Positions 60,102-64,000 of a stretch of 64,000 nt of DNA are shown here, in pieces (the stretch's first letter is position 1; each line of letters begins with the position of its first letter). The stretch is from the NCBI RefSeq assembly GCF_013122565.1, contig NZ_CP053258.1, one strand, 5' to 3'. Below the pieces are notes generated by a model, which saw only the letters and a program-made list of their open reading frames with translations, was not told where the DNA came from and ran no database searches. The stretch is from Escherichia coli (lineage in GTDB: Bacteria > Pseudomonadota > Gammaproteobacteria > Enterobacterales > Enterobacteriaceae). The position numbers and the translations under genes were made by a program.

Positions 60102-61636
60102 GGATGCGGCTCCGTTTTGCTGGTCACATCGATGGCATCGATACGACGGCTGTTGAACAGATTGAATTTGGTATCTGAACCGTGGCAGCCATCACCAAAG
60201 GTAAAGCCGCAGCCATTTTTCTCCGGGAAGGCTTCCCGTGCCAGTTCACGATGACTACTCGGCACCACAAAGCGATCTTCGTAGTTAGCAATCGCCAGAT
60301 AACGGTACATCTCCTGTGCCTGGGCTTCGGTCAGACCGACCTCTTCCAGCGCACGGGTATCAACTTTACCGTCAACGGTTTCAGCACGTTTGTAATGACG
60401 CATCGCCAGCATACGTTTCAGCGCGCGCAGTACCGGTTTGGTATCACCGGCGGTCAGCAGATTCGCCAGATACTGTACCGGAATACGCAGGCTTTCGACG
60501 TCTGGCAGAATGCCGTTGCTGCCCAGCTCACCCGCATCTGCTGCAGACTGAATCGGAGACAGAGGCGGCACGTACCAGACCATCGGCAGTGTGCGATATT
60601 CTGGATGCAGCGGCAGCGCCAGTTTCCATTCCATTGCCATTTTATAAACCGGCGACTGCTGTGCGGCTTCAATAACGCTCAGCGGAATACCGTCTTTAAT
60701 CGCCTGCTCGATGACTTTCGGATCGTTCGGATCGAGGAACACGTCCAGCTGACGCTGGTAAAGATCTTTCTCGTTCTCGGTGCTGGCTGCACGTTCAATC
60801 GCGTCGGCATCGTATAACAGCACGCCGAGATAACGGATACGACCGACACAGGTTTCTGAGCACACGGTCGGCTGACCCGCTTCAATACGCGGATAGCAGA
60901 AGATGCACTTCTCAGACTTACCGCTCTTCCAGTTGAAGTAGATTTTTTTGTACGGGCATCCAGTGATGCACATACGCCAGCCACGGCATTTATCCTGGTC
61001 GATCAGGACGATGCCATCTTCTTCACGCTTGTAAATCGCACCGCTCGGGCAGGTCGCCACACATGCCGGGTTCAGGCAGTGTTCGCACAGGCGCGGCAAA
61101 TACATCATGAAGGTGTTTTCGAACTGGCTATACATCGCCTTCTGGATGTTGTCGAAGTTCTTGTCTTTCGCCAGTTTGTCAAACTCACCGCCCAGGTCAT
61201 CTTCCCAGTTCGGCCCTTTTTCGATTTTTGCCATCCGTTCGCCGGTAATCAGCGAACGCGGACGGGCAATCGGCTGCGCTTTGCTGCCTTCCGGCGCGGT
61301 ATGCAGGTTCTGATAATCAAAATCGAACGGCTCGTAATAATCGTCGATCCCCGGCAGATGCGGGTTAGCAAAGATTTTACCCAGCAGCATGGCTCGGTTA
61401 CCCATGCGCGGTTGCAGTTTGCCATTGATTTTACGGATCCAGCCGCCTTTGTATTTTTCCTGGTTTTCCCAGTCAGTCGGGAAGCCCTGGCCCGGCTTGG
61501 TTTCCACGTTGTTGAACCACGCGTATTCCACGCCTTCACGGCTGGTCCAGACGTTTTTACAGGTAACTGAACAGGTGTGGCAGCCGATGCACTTATCGAG
61601 ATTCAGCACCATGCCGACTTGTGAACGAATTTTCAT
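60098..61636 (-). CDS. narH: Respiratory nitrate reductase beta subunit (Fe-S)
   Basis: 512 aa; multiple ferredoxin-type Cys clusters (CIGCHTCSVTC, CEHCLNPACVATCP, CRGWRMCITGCP). Confidence 0.95.
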   Translation of the reverse strand: MKIRSQVGMVLNLDKCIGCHTCSVTCKNVWTSREGVEYAWFNNVETKPGQGFPTDWENQEKYKGGWIRKINGKLQPRMGNRAMLLGKIFANPHLPGIDDYYEPFDFDYQNLHTAPEGSKAQPIARPRSLITGERMAKIEKGPNWEDDLGGEFDKLAKDKNFDNIQKAMYSQFENTFMMYLPRLCEHCLNPACVATCPSGAIYKREEDGIVLIDQDKCRGWRMCITGCPYKKIYFNWKSGKSEKCIFCYPRIEAGQPTVCSETCVGRIRYLGVLLYDADAIERAASTENEKDLYQRQLDVFLDPNDPKVIEQAIKDGIPLSVIEAAQQSPVYKMAMEWKLALPLHPEYRTLPMVWYVPPLSPIQSAADAGELGSNGILPDVESLRIPVQYLANLLTAGDTKPVLRALKRMLAMRHYKRAETVDGKVDTRALEEVGLTEAQAQEMYRYLAIANYEDRFVVPSSHRELAREAFPEKNGCGFTFGDGCHGSDTKFNLFNSRRIDAIDVTSKTEPHP

Positions 61637-64000
61637 TTTACGCTCTCCTGTACCTGGTCATTGCCTTCGCCATCTAACCAGTCAATGTTCTTCATCTTAC
61701 GCACTACAACAAACTCATCGCGGTTAGAACCTACGGTGCCGTAGTAGTTAAAGCCGTATGCCAGATGGGCATAGCCGCCGATCATATGCGTCGGTTTCGG
61801 CGTGATACGGGTGACCGAGTTATGGATACCACCACGCTGTTGGGTAATTTCCGAACCAGGCAGGTTAACGATACGTTCCTGCGCGTGGTACATCATGGTC
61901 ATCCCTGCCGGAACACGCTGGCTGACAACCGCACGGGCAGTCAGAGCACCGTTGCTGTTGAATACTTCAATCCAGTCGTTATCGGCGATACCCAGATCTT
62001 TGGCATCGGCTTCACTCAACCAGACCACCGGACCACCGCGACCTAAAGTTAGCATCAGCAGGTTGTCGCTGTAGGTGGAGTGGATACCCCACTTCTGGTG
62101 CGGCGTCAGGAAGTTGAGCGCTTTTTCCGGGTTGCCGTTGGATTTCTGGCCCATCACTTCTTTCACCGAACGGGTGTCGATCGGCGGACGATAAACCAGC
62201 AAGCTTTCACCGAAATCACGCATCCACTGGTGATCCTGATACAGTTGCTGACGGCCCGAGAGCGTACGCCACGGGATCAGCTCGTGAACGTTGGTGTAAC
62301 CGGCGTTGTAAGAAACGTGTTCATCTTCAAGGCCAGACCAGGTCGGGCTGGAGATAATTTTGCGCGGCTGTGCCTGAATATCGCGGAAGCGAATCTTCTC
62401 GTCTTCTTTATTCAGCGCCAGATGCGTATGGTCACGACCGGTAAACTCGCTCAGGGCAGCCCAGGCTTTCACGGCTACCTGACCGTTGGTTTCCGGTGCC
62501 AGCGTCAGGATCATGTCTGCCGCATCAATTGCGGTGTTCAGCATGGGCTGGCCTTTTGCCGGACCTTCCGCTTTGGTGTAGTTGAGCTTACGCAGCAGAT
62601 CCATCTCGCTCTGGGTGTTCCAGGCAATCCCTTTACCGCCATTACCTATTTTCTCCATCAGCGGGCCGATAGAGGTAAAGCGTTCGTAAGTCGCCGGATA
62701 ATCGCGCTCTACGACCATAATGTGTGGCGCGGTTTTACCTGGGATCAGGTCGCACTCGCCTTTTTTCCAGTCTTTCACATCCAGCGGCTGCGCCAGTTCA
62801 GCGGCAGAGTCGTGCTGGATAGGCAGCGTGACGATGTCGGTTTCTTTACCCAGATGACCGACGCACACTTCGGAGAATTTCCTGGCAATGGCTTTGTAGA
62901 TTTCCCAGTCGCTTTTCGCTTCCCAGGCCGGATCGACCGCCGCAGACAGCGGGTGAATAAACGGATGCATATCCGAAGTATTCATGTCGTCTTTTTCGTA
63001 CCAGGTCGCCGTCGGCAAAATGATGTCGGAATAGAGACAGGTGCTCGACAGACGGAAGTCCAGCGTCACCACCAGATCCAGCTTGCCTTCCAAACCATTG
63101 TCCTGCCAGTCCACTTCTTCCGGCTTCACGCCGCCCTGCTGCCCCAGATCTTTACCCTGGATACCGTGCTCCGTCCCCAGCAGGTACTTGAGCATAAACT
63201 CATGACCTTTACCGGAAGAACCGAGCAGGTTAGAACGCCAGATGAACAGGTTGCGCGGGTGGTTTTTACCGTTTTCTGGTTGTTCTGCCGCAAAACGGAT
63301 GGAACCCTCTTTCAGGGATTTCACCGTATAGTCCACCGGATTCATCCCGGCTTTTTCCGCTTCTCCAGCGATAGTCAGCGGGTTAGTGCCTAACTGCGGT
63401 GCAGACGGCAGCCAGCCCATGCGTTCTGCACGGACGTTAAAGTCGATCAGGTGTCCGGTATAACGGGATTTATCCGCCATCGGCGACAGCAACTCTTCCG
63501 CAGTCACGGTTTCATAACGCCACTGGCTGGAGTGGTTATAGAAATAAGAAGTGCTGTTCATGTGACGCGCCGGACGCTGCCAGTCAAGGGCAAACGCCAG
63601 CGGCTGCCAGCCGGTTTGCGGACGCAGTTTTTCCTGACCTACATAGTGCGCCCAGCCGCCCCCGCTCTGACCGACACAGCCGCAGAAAATCAGCATGTTG
63701 ATCAGACCACGATAGTTCATATCGAGGTGATACCAGTGGTTCAGCCCCGCACCGACGATAATCATCGAACGACCGTGCGTTTTATCAGCGTTATCGGCAA
63801 ATTCACGGGCGATGCGAATAATCTGGCTGCGAGAAACGCCGGTAATCTGCTCGGCCCAGGCCGGGGTATAAGCTTTCACATCGTCATAGCTGGTTGCACA
63901 GTTAACGTCGTTCAGGCCACGTTCCAGACCATAGTTTGCCAGCGTCAGATCATAAACGGTGGTCACCAGGGCGGTGCTGCCATCAGCCAGTTGCAGGCGT
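61633..64000 (-). CDS. narG: Respiratory nitrate reductase alpha subunit, C-terminal part; 5' end lies beyond the window
   Basis: Minus-strand reading frame open to the window edge; molybdopterin-oxidoreductase sequence; overlaps narH start by 4 nt. Confidence 0.95.
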   Translation of the reverse strand, partial: RLQLADGSTALVTTVYDLTLANYGLERGLNDVNCATSYDDVKAYTPAWAEQITGVSRSQIIRIAREFADNADKTHGRSMIIVGAGLNHWYHLDMNYRGLINMLIFCGCVGQSGGGWAHYVGQEKLRPQTGWQPLAFALDWQRPARHMNSTSYFYNHSSQWRYETVTAEELLSPMADKSRYTGHLIDFNVRAERMGWLPSAPQLGTNPLTIAGEAEKAGMNPVDYTVKSLKEGSIRFAAEQPENGKNHPRNLFIWRSNLLGSSGKGHEFMLKYLLGTEHGIQGKDLGQQGGVKPEEVDWQDNGLEGKLDLVVTLDFRLSSTCLYSDIILPTATWYEKDDMNTSDMHPFIHPLSAAVDPAWEAKSDWEIYKAIARKFSEVCVGHLGKETDIVTLPIQHDSAAELAQPLDVKDWKKGECDLIPGKTAPHIMVVERDYPATYERFTSIGPLMEKIGNGGKGIAWNTQSEMDLLRKLNYTKAEGPAKGQPMLNTAIDAADMILTLAPETNGQVAVKAWAALSEFTGRDHTHLALNKEDEKIRFRDIQAQPRKIISSPTWSGLEDEHVSYNAGYTNVHELIPWRTLSGRQQLYQDHQWMRDFGESLLVYRPPIDTRSVKEVMGQKSNGNPEKALNFLTPHQKWGIHSTYSDNLLMLTLGRGGPVVWLSEADAKDLGIADNDWIEVFNSNGALTARAVVSQRVPAGMTMMYHAQERIVNLPGSEITQQRGGIHNSVTRITPKPTHMIGGYAHLAYGFNYYGTVGSNRDEFVVVRKMKNIDWLDGEGNDQVQESVK

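Noticed and set aside
62080-63393. 437-aa plus-strand ORF antisense to narG
   Set aside because: Same antisense artefact; narG is confidently assigned on the minus strand, and the plus-strand translation is Arg/Val/Phe-rich without motifs.

Overview
The window reads as one contiguous Escherichia coli-type chromosomal segment, inverted relative to the usual K-12 map. Gene order is rnb(3' part)-pdeR-yciZ-yciT-osmB-yciH-pyrF-lapB-lapA-pgpB-ribA-acnA-ymiA/yciX-cysB-topA-yciN-sohB-yciK-btuR-rluB-yciO-trpH, then trpLEDCBA, yciGFE, ompW, yciCBA, tonB, yciI, kch, yciY, clsA, yciU, an extra channel gene, oppFDCBA, ychE, adhE, an IS4-like transposase remnant, tdk, hns, galU, rssBA, ychJ, purU, tRNA-Tyr and narIJHG(3' part). 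All calls rest on reading the supplied translations and DNA by eye against remembered protein families and E. coli gene order; no database search was run. Nearly everything is core housekeeping with well-known regulation. The best candidate for something new is a 289-codon ORF (39406..40275, minus) between the yciU and oppF terminators: a Kv-type six-helix voltage-gated K+ channel with a C-terminal Cys4 zinc-ribbon tail, which I do not recall at this position in K-12, 2.2 kb from the unrelated channel gene kch. Secondary observations are a tRNA-Tyr locus with one tRNA gene plus one repeat unit where K-12 has a tandem pair, and the frameshifted transposase remnant between adhE and tdk. No CRISPR array, prophage or integrase was seen.
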